A stretch of 64,000 nucleotides of DNA from Myxococcota bacterium (GTDB taxonomy: Bacteria; Myxococcota_A; UBA9160; UBA4427): contig JAXLZA010000011.1 of the NCBI GenBank assembly GCA_046351135.1, positions 174,806 through 238,805 on the forward strand, in the 5' to 3' direction. Made by a program: the position numbers and the translations under genes. The notes beneath the pieces are model-generated. The model did no database searches, was not told where the DNA came from, and saw only the letters and a list, made by a program, of their open reading frames with translations. Of this stretch, positions 42,952-53,061 are shown piece after piece. Each line of letters begins with the position of its first letter. Position 1 is the first letter of the stretch.

Positions 42952-43947
42952 ATGCATCGATCCGCCGCAGCGCTCGACCAGCCGGATTCGTTCTGGAACC
43001 AGGCGGCCGGACGCTCGCCGCAGGGGGACGCCTTCTGCTGCCGGACCGAGTGGCAGCTCTCGCTGCAGGAGGCCTTTTTTCCGAGACGACGTCTCGTTTT
43101 TCGCCGAAACGAAACGAGCCTGCTCGCCCTGGCGGAGCGGCGCTATCCCGATCTCGGGCGGATCCTCGAGCCCCTCGACTCGCTCTGGATGTTCGGGAGC
43201 CCCTTGCTCGGACCGGAGGCCCTCGAGCTGCTCGAGGCGCTGCTCGCCGAGCGGCGCGCCGCGGGCGAGCCGGCGACGGCCCTCGTCTCGGGCGTGCTGC
43301 CCGACGGGCCCCTGCGCGCGGCGCTGCTCCGCGGCTTCGGGCCGGGCTTCGAGATCTTCCGGGTGAAGACCGTGAAGGTCTGCTGTGCCTCGCTCGAAGG
43401 CGGGCTCGACGGCTTCCTCGCACGCCGCTCGCGCACGCTGCGCAAGCGGCTGCGCCAGGCTTCCCGCCACGCCGCGTCCCACGGCCTTCGCTTCGAGCGC
43501 GTCGCCCCGCGCAGCGCGGCCGAAGCCGACGCCGCCTTCGCCCGCATGCTCGCCGTCGAGCTCCAAAGCTGGAAGGGCCTCGCCGGTCGCGGCATGGAGG
43601 AGCCGACGTCGAGCGCGTTCTACGCCGCGATGGCGCGGCGCCTCGCCGTCTCGGGCTCCGGCCGCGTGATCTTCGCGCGCCTCGACGAACGCGACGTCGG
43701 ATTCATCTTCGGAGGCCTCGCGGGACCGATCTACCGCGGGCAGCAGTTCAGCTATGCCGAGGACCACGCCGACTGGTCGATCGGCAACCTGCTCCAGCAG
43801 GCGCAGGTCGCCTGGCTCGCCGAGGAAGGCGTGGTCCAATACGACCTCGGTCCCTGGATGGCCTACAAGGACCACTGGGCCGAGCGCACCGTCCCGATGG
43901 AGGTCCTGCTGCTGCGCCCGCGGCCCGCCCGCGCGCGCCCGGCCTGA
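42952..43947 (+). CDS. GNAT-fold acetyltransferase, CelD/FemAB-like (Acetyltransf_6 type)
   Basis: ATG 42952 inside ORF 41230..43947. FLARRSRTLRKRLRQASRHAASHGLRFERV, MLAVELQSWKG, VGFIFGGLAGPIYRGQQFSYAEDHADWSIGNLLQ. Confidence 0.72.
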   Translation: MHRSAAALDQPDSFWNQAAGRSPQGDAFCCRTEWQLSLQEAFFPRRRLVFRRNETSLLALAERRYPDLGRILEPLDSLWMFGSPLLGPEALELLEALLAERRAAGEPATALVSGVLPDGPLRAALLRGFGPGFEIFRVKTVKVCCASLEGGLDGFLARRSRTLRKRLRQASRHAASHGLRFERVAPRSAAEADAAFARMLAVELQSWKGLAGRGMEEPTSSAFYAAMARRLAVSGSGRVIFARLDERDVGFIFGGLAGPIYRGQQFSYAEDHADWSIGNLLQQAQVAWLAEEGVVQYDLGPWMAYKDHWAERTVPMEVLLLRPRPARARPA

Positions 43948-44172
43948 GCTACCCGCCCTGCGGACCGCACGGCCGGCCGCCGCTCCCGCACGGGCGGGCC
44001 CGAGGACCGGCGAGCTCGGCCGGGGCGGTGTGACGCGAGGAGCGCCGGGATAGAATCGGCGGCGCACCGTCCGCCGCCGCCCGACCCGCGCGCGGTGGAT
44101 CGGGCGCTCCCGTCGGGCGCCCTGCCCGCCTCACCGCCCGCGCCGCGAGCGCGCCCGAGCCAGGAGTCCCCG

Positions 44173-45525
44173 ATGCAGCGCGAACCCCACGACGAAGCCT
44201 CGACCGCGAAGATCGTCGACTGGCTCGAGCGACACGTCGGCGGACGCGTCGTCCGCATCGCCCGCCAGCCGCGCTGGCGACCGGTCTGGTTCGCCGACGT
44301 CGAGCGCGACGGCGAGACCCTCGAGCTCTGCGTGCGGGGCGACCGGACCGACATGCCCCTCGTCTTCCCGCTCGAGCACGAGATGAACCTGCAGCGCACG
44401 ATGCACGAGCACGGCATCCCGACGCCGCGCGTCTACGGCCTGATCGAATCGCCCCTCGCCTACGTCATGGACCGGGTTCGTGGCCGCAACGACTTCGCCG
44501 AGTCGACCGAGGCCGAGCGACGCTCGGCCGTCGACGAGTATCTCCAGATCCTGGCGCGCCTCCACGCGCTGCCGATCGAGCCCTTCGTCCGGGCCGGCGT
44601 CATGCGCGCCGCGACGCCGGCCGAATCCGGGACCTTCGGCATCAGCCGCTACGAGCGCCTGTTCCGGTCGGTGAAGAAGCTGCCGAACCCGTTCATCGAG
44701 TTCTCGCTCGCCTGGCTCAAGCGCAACCCGCCCCAGTCCCACGGCCGCGAATCCGCGATCGTCTGGGACTCGGGTCAGTTCCACACCGAGAAGGGCCGCA
44801 TCGTCGCCGTCCTCGACGTCGAGATCGGCCACATCGGCGACCCGATGATGGACCTCGCCGCCTGGCGCCAGCGCGACACGATCATCGGCTACGGCGACTT
44901 CAAGCCGCTCTACGCCCGCTACGAAGAGCTGACCGGCAAGCCCGTCGATCTGGAGGCGCTGATGCGCCACCACTTCGCCTTCACCCTCTCGAACGAGCTC
45001 GCCTTCAGCGCGGCGCTGCGCCATCCGGCGCCGGACTCCGACCTGATGACGAACATGCAGTGGTGCTACGAGACGAACCTCTTCGCGACCGAGGCGCTGG
45101 CCGAGATCTACGAGATCGAGCTGCCGACGGTCGAGACGCCCGAGCCCCGCGCCACCCGAGGCAAGGTCGCGATCGACCACCTCGTCCACAAGCTCCGCTC
45201 GCTGCCGGTGCCCGACGAGTTCGTCCAGTACCAGCTCCGGACGATGTTCCGGATGGCGCGCCACATCGCCCGGGCCGACGAAATCGGCGAAGCCGTCTCC
45301 GAGGCCGACCTCGACGATCTCCATCTCCTGCTGGGGCGCCGCCCCGCGACCTGGCTCGAGGGCGAGGAGCAGCTCGAGCGCTTCGTGCTGGCCGACGCGA
45401 AGGAGGGCCGCCACGACGTCGACCTCATCGGACTCTTCCACAAGCGCCATCTGCGGGCCCACATGCTGCTGGGCCCCGCCGGCTCGGCGATGACGCGCCA
45501 CATGAAGATCCAGACGTTCCGTTAG
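44173..45525 (+). CDS. Phosphotransferase (APH/kinase-fold) family protein with an atypical catalytic loop
   Basis: ATG 44173 with AGGAG and a 6-nt spacer. LVFPLEHEMNLQRTMHEHGIPTPRVYGL, LDVEIGHIGDPMMDLAAW (DxD-type metal loop). The catalytic loop reads IVWDSGQFH instead of the usual HGDxxxxN. Confidence 0.78.
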   Translation: MQREPHDEASTAKIVDWLERHVGGRVVRIARQPRWRPVWFADVERDGETLELCVRGDRTDMPLVFPLEHEMNLQRTMHEHGIPTPRVYGLIESPLAYVMDRVRGRNDFAESTEAERRSAVDEYLQILARLHALPIEPFVRAGVMRAATPAESGTFGISRYERLFRSVKKLPNPFIEFSLAWLKRNPPQSHGRESAIVWDSGQFHTEKGRIVAVLDVEIGHIGDPMMDLAAWRQRDTIIGYGDFKPLYARYEELTGKPVDLEALMRHHFAFTLSNELAFSAALRHPAPDSDLMTNMQWCYETNLFATEALAEIYEIELPTVETPEPRATRGKVAIDHLVHKLRSLPVPDEFVQYQLRTMFRMARHIARADEIGEAVSEADLDDLHLLLGRRPATWLEGEEQLERFVLADAKEGRHDVDLIGLFHKRHLRAHMLLGPAGSAMTRHMKIQTFR

Positions 45526-45591
45526 GCGTCGAGTCGAGCGGCGCGCAGCGTGCCGGCCAGCATCGGTTCGTTGCGTCCGCGTCCTCGGCAC

Positions 45592-47061
45592 TCAGCCGAT
45601 CAGGCCAGACCAGGCGGGCCAGGGCCGGACCGCTTCGAGCCAGGCCGCGGCGGCGAGCAGGAGCTCCTCCCGCCCCCACGCCGCCACCAGCTGGATCCCG
45701 ACCGGCAGCCCTTCCGGCGTCCGTCCCGCCGGCACGCTGATCGCCGGCTGGCCCGTCACGTTCCAGGCCCCCGGCAGCCAGCCGAGACGCCGGCGCATCG
45801 CATCGAGCTCGGCCGCGGTCGGGTCCTCCGGAAGCTCGCCGATCCGGATCGCGGGCTGCGTGAGCACCGGCGTCAGCAGCAGATCGTAGTCGTCGAAGAA
45901 GGCGACGAGGCGCCGCGACCAGGCGAAGAGCCCCTCGCGCGCCTCCACCAGCTGGAGGCCGCCGACCACGCGACCGCCGGCGATGCTCATGCGGTTGCGC
46001 GGCTCGAGCTCGGCGAGATCGATCTCGCGGCCGAGGCGCCGCGACCAGGCCGCGAGCTCCGCGGCGAGGCAGGCGGCGACGATCGTGCCCTGCTGCGCGA
46101 CGCCCTCCTCCTCGTCGAGCGCCGCGAACGCAGGCTCCTCCACGACGTGGCCCGCCCCCTCGAAGAGGCGCGCGATCTCGCGCGTGATCGCATCGACGAG
46201 GGGATGGGCGGGCTCCCCGCCGCAGGCGCCGCGGGTGCGCACCGCGATGCGAAGCCGCGGGAGCGGCGCATCGAGGGCGGGCGAGGTCGGCCGCACGAGA
46301 GGCGTCTGGACAGGATCGCTCGGATGCGGCCCCGCGACCGCGTCGAAGACGGCCGCGAGGTCGCGGACGCTCCGGGCGAGGAAGCCATCGGTCGAGAGCC
46401 CGGCCCAGTGCTCCCCGTGGTCGGGCCCCGCCGAGAAGCGCCCGCGCGTCGGCTTCAGCCCGACGACGCCGCACATCGAAGCCGGCACGCGCACCGACCC
46501 GCCGCCATCCGAGCCGTGCGCGATCGGCACCATCCCCGCCGCGACCGCCGCCCCCGAGCCCCCGCTCGAGCCCCCCGCGCTGTAGTCGGGATGCCAGGGA
46601 TTGCGCGTCGGTCCATAGGCGCGGGGCTCGGTCGTCGGATAGGTGCACAGCTCGGGGACGTTGGTCCGGCCGACGACGACGCAGCCCGCCGCCTCGAGAC
46701 GCCGGACCAGGAACGAGCTCGTCGTCGCGACGTACCCCGCGCGCTTCGCCGCGAGAAGCCCGTCGTGCCAGGGCTCCCCCGCCTGCGTGACCGACGCGTC
46801 CTTGAGCACGATCGGGACCCCGGCGAGGGGACCGGGCGACGCGGACGCCGAGCGACCCGCGCCCCGAGCCAGGGCGCGATCGAGCGCCGCCGCCTCGTCG
46901 AGCGCGCGCCCGAAGCGGCGATGGATCACCGCATTGAGCCGCCCGTCGAGCGCCTCGATCCGCTCGATCGCCTCGCGCACGACCTCGCCCGCCGAGCGCT
47001 CGCGGCGGCGGATCCGCGCGGCGAGCGCGACGGCGTCGTCGCCGCTCAGACGCCGCTCCAC
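45592..47061 (-). CDS. Amidase (amidase-signature family)
   Basis: GTG 47061 overlaps the upstream gene by 16 nt; the rest of ORF 45592..47337 is junk. PIVLKD (Lys), GGSSGGSGAAVAAGM, GSDGGGSVRVPAS. Confidence 0.9.
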   Translation of the reverse strand: MERRLSGDDAVALAARIRRRERSAGEVVREAIERIEALDGRLNAVIHRRFGRALDEAAALDRALARGAGRSASASPGPLAGVPIVLKDASVTQAGEPWHDGLLAAKRAGYVATTSSFLVRRLEAAGCVVVGRTNVPELCTYPTTEPRAYGPTRNPWHPDYSAGGSSGGSGAAVAAGMVPIAHGSDGGGSVRVPASMCGVVGLKPTRGRFSAGPDHGEHWAGLSTDGFLARSVRDLAAVFDAVAGPHPSDPVQTPLVRPTSPALDAPLPRLRIAVRTRGACGGEPAHPLVDAITREIARLFEGAGHVVEEPAFAALDEEEGVAQQGTIVAACLAAELAAWSRRLGREIDLAELEPRNRMSIAGGRVVGGLQLVEAREGLFAWSRRLVAFFDDYDLLLTPVLTQPAIRIGELPEDPTAAELDAMRRRLGWLPGAWNVTGQPAISVPAGRTPEGLPVGIQLVAAWGREELLLAAAAWLEAVRPWPAWSGLIG

Positions 47062-47933
47062 GGCACGAGCGGCAGCCCCGGCGTCGGCAGACCCTCGATC
47101 GCGCAGACGCGGCCGGGGGCGAGCTCCGTCGTGAAGAGCGTGCGGAAGTCGGTGCCCCCGAAGCAGACGTTGGTCGGGAGCGCGTTGGGGCCGAGGTCGA
47201 CGGCGTCGAGGGGCTTGCCGCTGCGATCGAAGATCCGGATGCAGTGGTCCATCGGCGCCGCACAGTAGAGCCGGCCGTCGAGGTCGAACGCGAAGCCGTC
47301 GCCCGGCGACGTCCCCGGCAGCTGCTCGACGAACCACTCGCGCTCGCCGCTCGCGGGATCGATCCAGAGGAGCCCGCGTCCCTCGACGATCAGCAGCCTT
47401 CCCTCCGGCGAGATCGCGACCCCGTTGCAGTACTCGAAGCCGCTCGCGATCCGGCGCAGGCCGCGCTCGGGATGCCAGGCCCAGAAGCGCCCTTCCTTCT
47501 TCCCCTGATGCTGGGTCCCGCCATGGGGCGGCGGGTCGGTGAAGTAGATCGTGCCGTCGCGGCCGACGGCGAGGTCGTTGGGCGCCTGCAGGCCTTCCGA
47601 CGCGAGCGTCGTCACGACGCCGTCCTTCGAGACGCGCTGGAGGGCCGGCGGGCCCGGGCGATACGGGATCTTCGCGGGGTCGAGGCCGAGGTGACTCGCG
47701 AAGACGGTGAAGTCGATGCCGCCGTTGTTGGTCACGACGAAGCCGCCGTCGCGGACGAGATGCGCGCTATTCGCTCCGCCGGCGACCGAGGCCACCTGCG
47801 TGAAGCGACCGCTCGCAGGATCGATGCGGAGCAGCCGCCCCGGCGAGATCGTGGTCACGACGAGGGAGCCGTCCGGACACCAGACGGGGCCTTCGCCGAG
47901 GGGGACTTCCGCGGAGACGACTTCGGGCTTCAT
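47046..47933 (-). CDS. SMP-30/gluconolactonase/LRE-like beta-propeller protein
   Basis: ATG 47933 inside ORF 47046..49373. EGPVWCPDGSLVVT, NDLAVGRDGTIYFTD, CNGVAISPEGRLLIVE, PTNVCFGGTDFRTLFTT. Confidence 0.88.
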   Translation of the reverse strand: MKPEVVSAEVPLGEGPVWCPDGSLVVTTISPGRLLRIDPASGRFTQVASVAGGANSAHLVRDGGFVVTNNGGIDFTVFASHLGLDPAKIPYRPGPPALQRVSKDGVVTTLASEGLQAPNDLAVGRDGTIYFTDPPPHGGTQHQGKKEGRFWAWHPERGLRRIASGFEYCNGVAISPEGRLLIVEGRGLLWIDPASGEREWFVEQLPGTSPGDGFAFDLDGRLYCAAPMDHCIRIFDRSGKPLDAVDLGPNALPTNVCFGGTDFRTLFTTELAPGRVCAIEGLPTPGLPLVPWSGV

Positions 47934-48083
47934 GCGATCAGCATGGCAGACGGCCGCAGCCCGGGCCAGACGGGGCTCGGGGCGCCCGCGATCGCGCGCA
48001 GAGGCGGGCCGGAGGCCGGCCCGAAGTAGGGTAGGCTCGGACCGACCGGACGCTTTGCGGAGCGCTCCGGCTCGGAGGAGAGC

Positions 48084-49361
48084 ATGTCGACCGAGATCGC
48101 CGTGCCGGCGCCGAGCGCCGGGACCTATCGGGGCTGGTGGGTGCTCTCGGCGACCTTCGCCTGCGCGATGCTCGTGATCGGCGCGACGAACTACGCCTTC
48201 GGGCTCTTCGTCGTGCCGGTGCAGGCGGAGTTCGGGCTCTCGCGGGCGGCGGTGAACCAGGGGATGAGCCTCTTCATGATCGGCGGCGCGCTCTGGGCCC
48301 CGATCGCCGGGCGCATCCTCGATCGCTTCCCCGCGCCCCTCGTGATGACGCTCGGCGGTGGCGCGCTCGGGCTCGGCATGGCGGGGATCGCCGCTTCCTC
48401 GTCGCTCACCGCGATCGCGGTGGCGCTCGCCGGGCCGATGGCGCTCGGTGCGATGTGCGCGGGCGGGCTCGCGAACACGACGATCGTGTCGCGCTGGTTC
48501 CGCCGGCGCCGTGGTCGCGCGCTCGGCATCGCGACCGTCTCGTCGGGGGCCGGCGGCTTCGTGATGGTCCAGCTGATCACGGCGCTGATCGGGCGTCACG
48601 GCTGGCGCGCGGCCCTCGCCGCGACCGGCGCGATCGTCGCCCTCGGCGTCGCGGCCCTGGCGCTCGGCCTCGTGCGCTCGCGCCCCGACGAAGAGGCCCT
48701 CGAGCGCGCGGGCGAGATCGGCCCGGAGGCCGAGGACAGCGCGACGACCGAGCGGCGCTTCCGCCTCGGGGAGCTCGTGCGGATGCGGAACTTCTGGTGC
48801 ATCGCCTTCGGCACCGGCCTGCTGATGGCGAGCGACGGCGCCCTGCTCGCCTCCAAGATGCCCTACCTGCTCGGGCTCGGGATCGAGGCGCAGTCCGCCT
48901 CGTTCCTGATCGCCTGCATGACCGCGTCGTCGGTGGCGGGCAAGATCGGCATCGGGCTCGCCGCCGATCGCATGGATCTGCGGCGCCTCTACGGGATCGT
49001 GGCCGCCTGCCACGTCGTCCTGCTGCTCGTGCTGATCGCGGAGCCCGGCTACGGCGTCCTGCTCTTCGCGCTCTCGCTCTTCGGCGTCGGGGTCGGCGGC
49101 GTCTATCCGCTGCTCGCGACGCTGACCGCCCAGACCTTCGGCTCCGCCTCCTACGGCTCGGTCGCCGGCACGATGCAGCTCGTCGCCCTGCAGCCCCTCT
49201 CGATCGCGCTCGTCACCTTCATCGGGGCGAGCCACGACCGCACCGGCTCGTATACCCTCGCCTTCGAGGTCTTCATCGGCCTCGTGTTCCTCGCGGGCGG
49301 CTTGATCGCGCTCGTGAAGCTTCCGCCGCGCGTCGCCGACGCCCGGCCCGAGGTGGCGTGA
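48084..49361 (+). CDS. MFS transporter
   Basis: 425 aa with GGAGGAG upstream. About 12 hydrophobic segments. MFS-type loop GRILDRFP and a second-half repeat ADRMDLRR. Confidence 0.88.
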   Translation: MSTEIAVPAPSAGTYRGWWVLSATFACAMLVIGATNYAFGLFVVPVQAEFGLSRAAVNQGMSLFMIGGALWAPIAGRILDRFPAPLVMTLGGGALGLGMAGIAASSSLTAIAVALAGPMALGAMCAGGLANTTIVSRWFRRRRGRALGIATVSSGAGGFVMVQLITALIGRHGWRAALAATGAIVALGVAALALGLVRSRPDEEALERAGEIGPEAEDSATTERRFRLGELVRMRNFWCIAFGTGLLMASDGALLASKMPYLLGLGIEAQSASFLIACMTASSVAGKIGIGLAADRMDLRRLYGIVAACHVVLLLVLIAEPGYGVLLFALSLFGVGVGGVYPLLATLTAQTFGSASYGSVAGTMQLVALQPLSIALVTFIGASHDRTGSYTLAFEVFIGLVFLAGGLIALVKLPPRVADARPEVA

Positions 49362-50656
49362 TGCAGGATGCAAGGACGAACGAGGCCGCGACGGCGGATT
49401 CCGCGGGGCGCCGCGCCGAGGCCGCCCGCCCCGATCCGCGCGATCCCGAGGCGATCGTCGCCGCCCTGACCCGGCCGCCCTTCCCCGTCGATCCCTATCC
49501 GCTCTACGCCGCGCTGCGCGAGGCGGCGCCGATCTTCCGGTCCGAGGACGGCTTCTGGTATGCGACCTCCTACGCCGCCGCCGAGGCCGTCTTCCGCGAT
49601 CCCGCCCTCGGCCAGGGCCGCGGTCGCGAGTCGCGCATCCGCAGCGATCCGCGTTACGCAGACAGCCCGACGCTCCAGACCCTCGGCCACATGCTCCCCT
49701 TCCTGGACCCGCCGGACCACACGCGCCTGCGGCATCTCATCGCCCGCGCCTTCACCCCGCGCGCCGTCGAGCGCATGCGCGCCTACCTCGAGCGCCGGGT
49801 CGACGGCCTGCTCGACGAGCTCGCCGAGCGCGGGCGCGGCGAGCTGATGCACGACCTCGCGGACCACGTCCCGGTCGCCGTCATCTGCGAGATGCTCGGG
49901 GCCCCCGGTGATCGCCATGCGGACCTCGTCGCCTGGGCCGATCGTCTCGTCGCCGCGGTCCACTCGACGGTCACCGATGCCGAGCTCGCCTGGGCCGACG
50001 AAGGGGCGCGGCTCTTCCGCGAGTACGTGGGCGGCCTGATCGAAGCGCGGCGCCGCGAGCCGCAGGACGATCTGCTGACGGCGCTGGTGCAGGCCGAGAG
50101 CGAGGACGATGCCCTCGATGCCCAGGAGCTGCTCTCGACGGCCTGCGTCTTCATCGGGGCCGGCATCGAGAACACGAAGCACTTCATCGGCAGCGGGCTC
50201 GCCTGGCTGATCCGCGAGCGCGACGCCGCCGATCGGGCGCGCCGGGATCCCAAGGCCCTCGCGCGCGCCCTCGAGGAGGTGCTGCGGCTCGAGCCGCCGG
50301 TGCAGATCGCGATCCCGCGGATCGCCCTCGCGGACACCGAGGTCGCGGGCGCGAAGATCCGCAAGGGCGAGCGGCTGTGCGCGGTGATGGCGGCGGCGAA
50401 TCGCGACCCCGTGGCCTTCCCGAGCCCCGACGTCTTCGACCCCGACCGCGTCGGTCCGCCGAACCTCTCCCTCGCGATGGGAACGCATTTCTGCACCGGC
50501 GCCGGCCTCGCCCGCCTCGAGGCCCAGGTCGTGGTCGGCCGCTTCCTCGCGCGCTTCCCGAACGCGCGGCTGCTCGTCGATCCGCCGCCCTTCCGCGACG
50601 AGATCCGGCCGACCTTGCGGGGCCATGCGACGGTCGAGGTCGAGCTCGGACTCTGA
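49361..50656 (+). CDS. Cytochrome P450
   Basis: ATG 49361 overlaps the MFS stop by 1 nt (GTGATG). I-helix VFIGAGIENTKHFIGSG, ExxR EEVLRLEPP, haem loop LAMGTHFCTGAGLARLE. Confidence 0.9.
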   Translation: MQDARTNEAATADSAGRRAEAARPDPRDPEAIVAALTRPPFPVDPYPLYAALREAAPIFRSEDGFWYATSYAAAEAVFRDPALGQGRGRESRIRSDPRYADSPTLQTLGHMLPFLDPPDHTRLRHLIARAFTPRAVERMRAYLERRVDGLLDELAERGRGELMHDLADHVPVAVICEMLGAPGDRHADLVAWADRLVAAVHSTVTDAELAWADEGARLFREYVGGLIEARRREPQDDLLTALVQAESEDDALDAQELLSTACVFIGAGIENTKHFIGSGLAWLIRERDAADRARRDPKALARALEEVLRLEPPVQIAIPRIALADTEVAGAKIRKGERLCAVMAAANRDPVAFPSPDVFDPDRVGPPNLSLAMGTHFCTGAGLARLEAQVVVGRFLARFPNARLLVDPPPFRDEIRPTLRGHATVEVELGL

Positions 50657-50826
50657 GCCACGGCCGAAGCGCGGTCGGATCGCGGCCGAGCGTCCAGCCG
50701 GCCCGGCCGGGTTCGCGCGATCCGACCGATCCGGTTAGCCTTCTCCGATCTCGCCCGCGCGGCCCCCGCCCGCCACCCCGAGGCGGTGCGCGGACGGCGC
50801 CCGAACGCCCACCTCGGAGTCCCCGC

Positions 50827-53061
50827 ATGTCGATCGAGATCGTCCGCCGCTCCTGCCCCACCTGCGAGGCCTGCTGTGGCCTGCGGGTCCACGTCGATCG
50901 CGAGAAGCAGGCGATCGTGCGCATCGACGGGGATCCCGACGACTTCCGCAGCCGCGGGTATCTGTGTCCCAAGTCCCAGGCGATGAAGGCGGTCTACGAG
51001 GATCCGGACCGGATCCGGCGGCCTCTGCGCAAGCGCGCCGACGGGCGCTTCGAGGAGATCGGCTGGGACGAGGCCTTCGCCTTCGCGGCGGAGAAGCTGC
51101 GGCCGATCCGGGAGAAGTACGGGCCGCAGGCGGTCGGCGTCTTCATCGGCGAGCCGACGGGCCACAACCTCGGCGCCCTCCTCTACACGACGCTCTTCAT
51201 GCGCGCGCTCGGCACGCCGCGCGCCTTCTCGTCGGCGACGATGGACCAGTTTCCGAAGAACGTGACGCTGAAGCTCATGTACGGCGACGGCTGGATGTTC
51301 GTGATCCCCGACGTGAAGCGGACGGACCTCTTCATCTGCATGGGCGGCAATCCGGTCGTGTCCCAGGGCAGCCTGATGGGGACGCCCGACGTGCCTGGCG
51401 TCCTGACCGGGATCCGCAAGCGCGGCGGCCGCGTGATCGTGATCGATCCGCGAAGGACCGAAACCGCCGAGCTCGCCGACGAGCACGTCTTCATCCGCCC
51501 CGGGACCGACGCCTACTTCCTCGCCGCGATGATCCAGGTCTTCTTCGCCGAGGACCTCGTCGACCTCGGCCGCTTCGCCGGCTTCACCGACGGCGTCGAC
51601 GAGGTCCGCACGCTCTGCCGGGAGTTCACGCCCGAGGCCGTCGCCGACGTGACCGGCATCCCCGCCGACACGATCCGCCGGATCGCCCGCGAGTACGCGC
51701 GCACGAAGAAGGCCGCCCTCTACGGCCGCATCGGCACCTGTACGCAGGAGTTCGGGACCCTCGCCTCCTGGCTCCTCGACGTCGCCGCGATCCTGACCGG
51801 CCACTTCGACGAAGAGGGCTGCATGATGTTCCCGCGCCCGGCGGCGGGCCAGAGCGAGCCCGGCGAGCCCAATCCCCCGATGGCGGTGGGCGAGTACCGC
51901 ACGATCGCCCGCGGCCTGCCGACGATCGACGGCCAGCTCCCGGCCGGCGCGATGGCGGAGGAGATCGAGGAGAAGAGCGCCGGCGAGCAGCGCATGCGCG
52001 TGCTCCTCACCGCCGCCGCGAATCCCGTCCTCTCGGCGCCCAACGGCAACCGCCTCGCCGAGGCCCTCGGCGAGCTCGACTTCATGGTGTCGGTCGACAT
52101 CTATCTGAACGAGACGACGAGCCATGCCGACCTGATCCTGCCGACGACCGTCTCCGTCGAGGAGGAGAACTTCGACTTCACCTACGCCACGACCTGCTCC
52201 CACAACTACGCCCGCTGGTCCCCTGCGATCTTCGCGCCCGAGCCCGACGCGAAGCCCCACTGGGAGGTGCTGATGCGCCTCGTCGAGGCGGCGACCGGGG
52301 TGACGCTGGAGCAGCTCGACGAAGCGATGGTCGGCGGCATCGCGGCGAGCGTCGCGCGCCCGGGCGGGCGCTGCGAAGGTCGGACGCCCGAAGAGATCAA
52401 GGCCGCGATAGGCGACGTGCGTGGCCCGCTGCGCATCCTCGATCTGATGCTGCGCGCGGGCCCGTACGGCGACCGCTTCGAGCCCGGCAAGCAGGGCCTC
52501 TCGCTGAAGGCGCTGCGCGAGACGGGCGGCCTCGTCGATCTCGGCCCGCTCCAGCCGCGGCTGCCCGAGGCGCTGAAGACGCCCGGCCGGCGCATCGCCC
52601 TCGCCCCCGAGTACGTGACGGCCGACGTCCCGCGCCTGCGTGCGGCGCTCGCCGACGCGAAGCGGAAGGATCGCCTGCTGCTCGTCGGTCGCCGTCAGGT
52701 CCGCAACATGAACTCGTGGCTCCACAACGCGCAGGTGCTCGCGAAGGGCCGCGATCGCTGCACCCTGCTGATCCATCCCGACGACGCCCGGCGCTTCGGG
52801 CTCGAGGACGGCGGCAAGGCCCGCGTCCGCTCGCGCAGCGGCGAGATCGTGACGGCGGTCGAGGTCAGCGACGAGATGATGCAGGGCGTCGTCAGCCTGC
52901 CGCATGGCTTCGGCCACACGCGCCCCGGCTCGCGCACGCGCGTCGCGACGAAGCTCCAGCCCGGCGCGAACGCGAACCAGCTGACCGACGAGCTGCCGCT
53001 CGACGTCCCGAGCGGGACCCACATCGCGAACGGCATCCCGGTGGAGGTGGCGCGCGCCTGA
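50827..53061 (+). CDS. Molybdopterin (MopB-family) oxidoreductase with N-terminal Fe-S Cys cluster
   Basis: ATG 50827 inside ORF 50377..53061. SCPTCEACCGLRV...YLCPK Cys motif. C-terminal molybdopterin-dinucleotide-binding-like LLIHPDDARRFGLEDGGKARVRSRSGEIVTAVEVSDEMMQGVVSLPHGFGH. 744 aa, no Tat signal. Confidence 0.9.
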   Translation: MSIEIVRRSCPTCEACCGLRVHVDREKQAIVRIDGDPDDFRSRGYLCPKSQAMKAVYEDPDRIRRPLRKRADGRFEEIGWDEAFAFAAEKLRPIREKYGPQAVGVFIGEPTGHNLGALLYTTLFMRALGTPRAFSSATMDQFPKNVTLKLMYGDGWMFVIPDVKRTDLFICMGGNPVVSQGSLMGTPDVPGVLTGIRKRGGRVIVIDPRRTETAELADEHVFIRPGTDAYFLAAMIQVFFAEDLVDLGRFAGFTDGVDEVRTLCREFTPEAVADVTGIPADTIRRIAREYARTKKAALYGRIGTCTQEFGTLASWLLDVAAILTGHFDEEGCMMFPRPAAGQSEPGEPNPPMAVGEYRTIARGLPTIDGQLPAGAMAEEIEEKSAGEQRMRVLLTAAANPVLSAPNGNRLAEALGELDFMVSVDIYLNETTSHADLILPTTVSVEEENFDFTYATTCSHNYARWSPAIFAPEPDAKPHWEVLMRLVEAATGVTLEQLDEAMVGGIAASVARPGGRCEGRTPEEIKAAIGDVRGPLRILDLMLRAGPYGDRFEPGKQGLSLKALRETGGLVDLGPLQPRLPEALKTPGRRIALAPEYVTADVPRLRAALADAKRKDRLLLVGRRQVRNMNSWLHNAQVLAKGRDRCTLLIHPDDARRFGLEDGGKARVRSRSGEIVTAVEVSDEMMQGVVSLPHGFGHTRPGSRTRVATKLQPGANANQLTDELPLDVPSGTHIANGIPVEVARA

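Noticed and set aside
44029-44056. Sigma-70-like promoter (GTGACG, 15-nt spacer, TAGAAT) upstream of the kinase-fold gene
   Set aside because: The -10 hexamer is good, but the -35 is weak and the spacer is short. Promoter consensus for this lineage is unknown, so I did not report it as a feature.
50827-53061. Selenocysteine (in-frame TGA) in the formate-dehydrogenase-like molybdoenzyme
   Set aside because: The ORF is uninterrupted from ATG to stop, there is no in-frame TGA, and no SECIS-like hairpin needs to be invoked.
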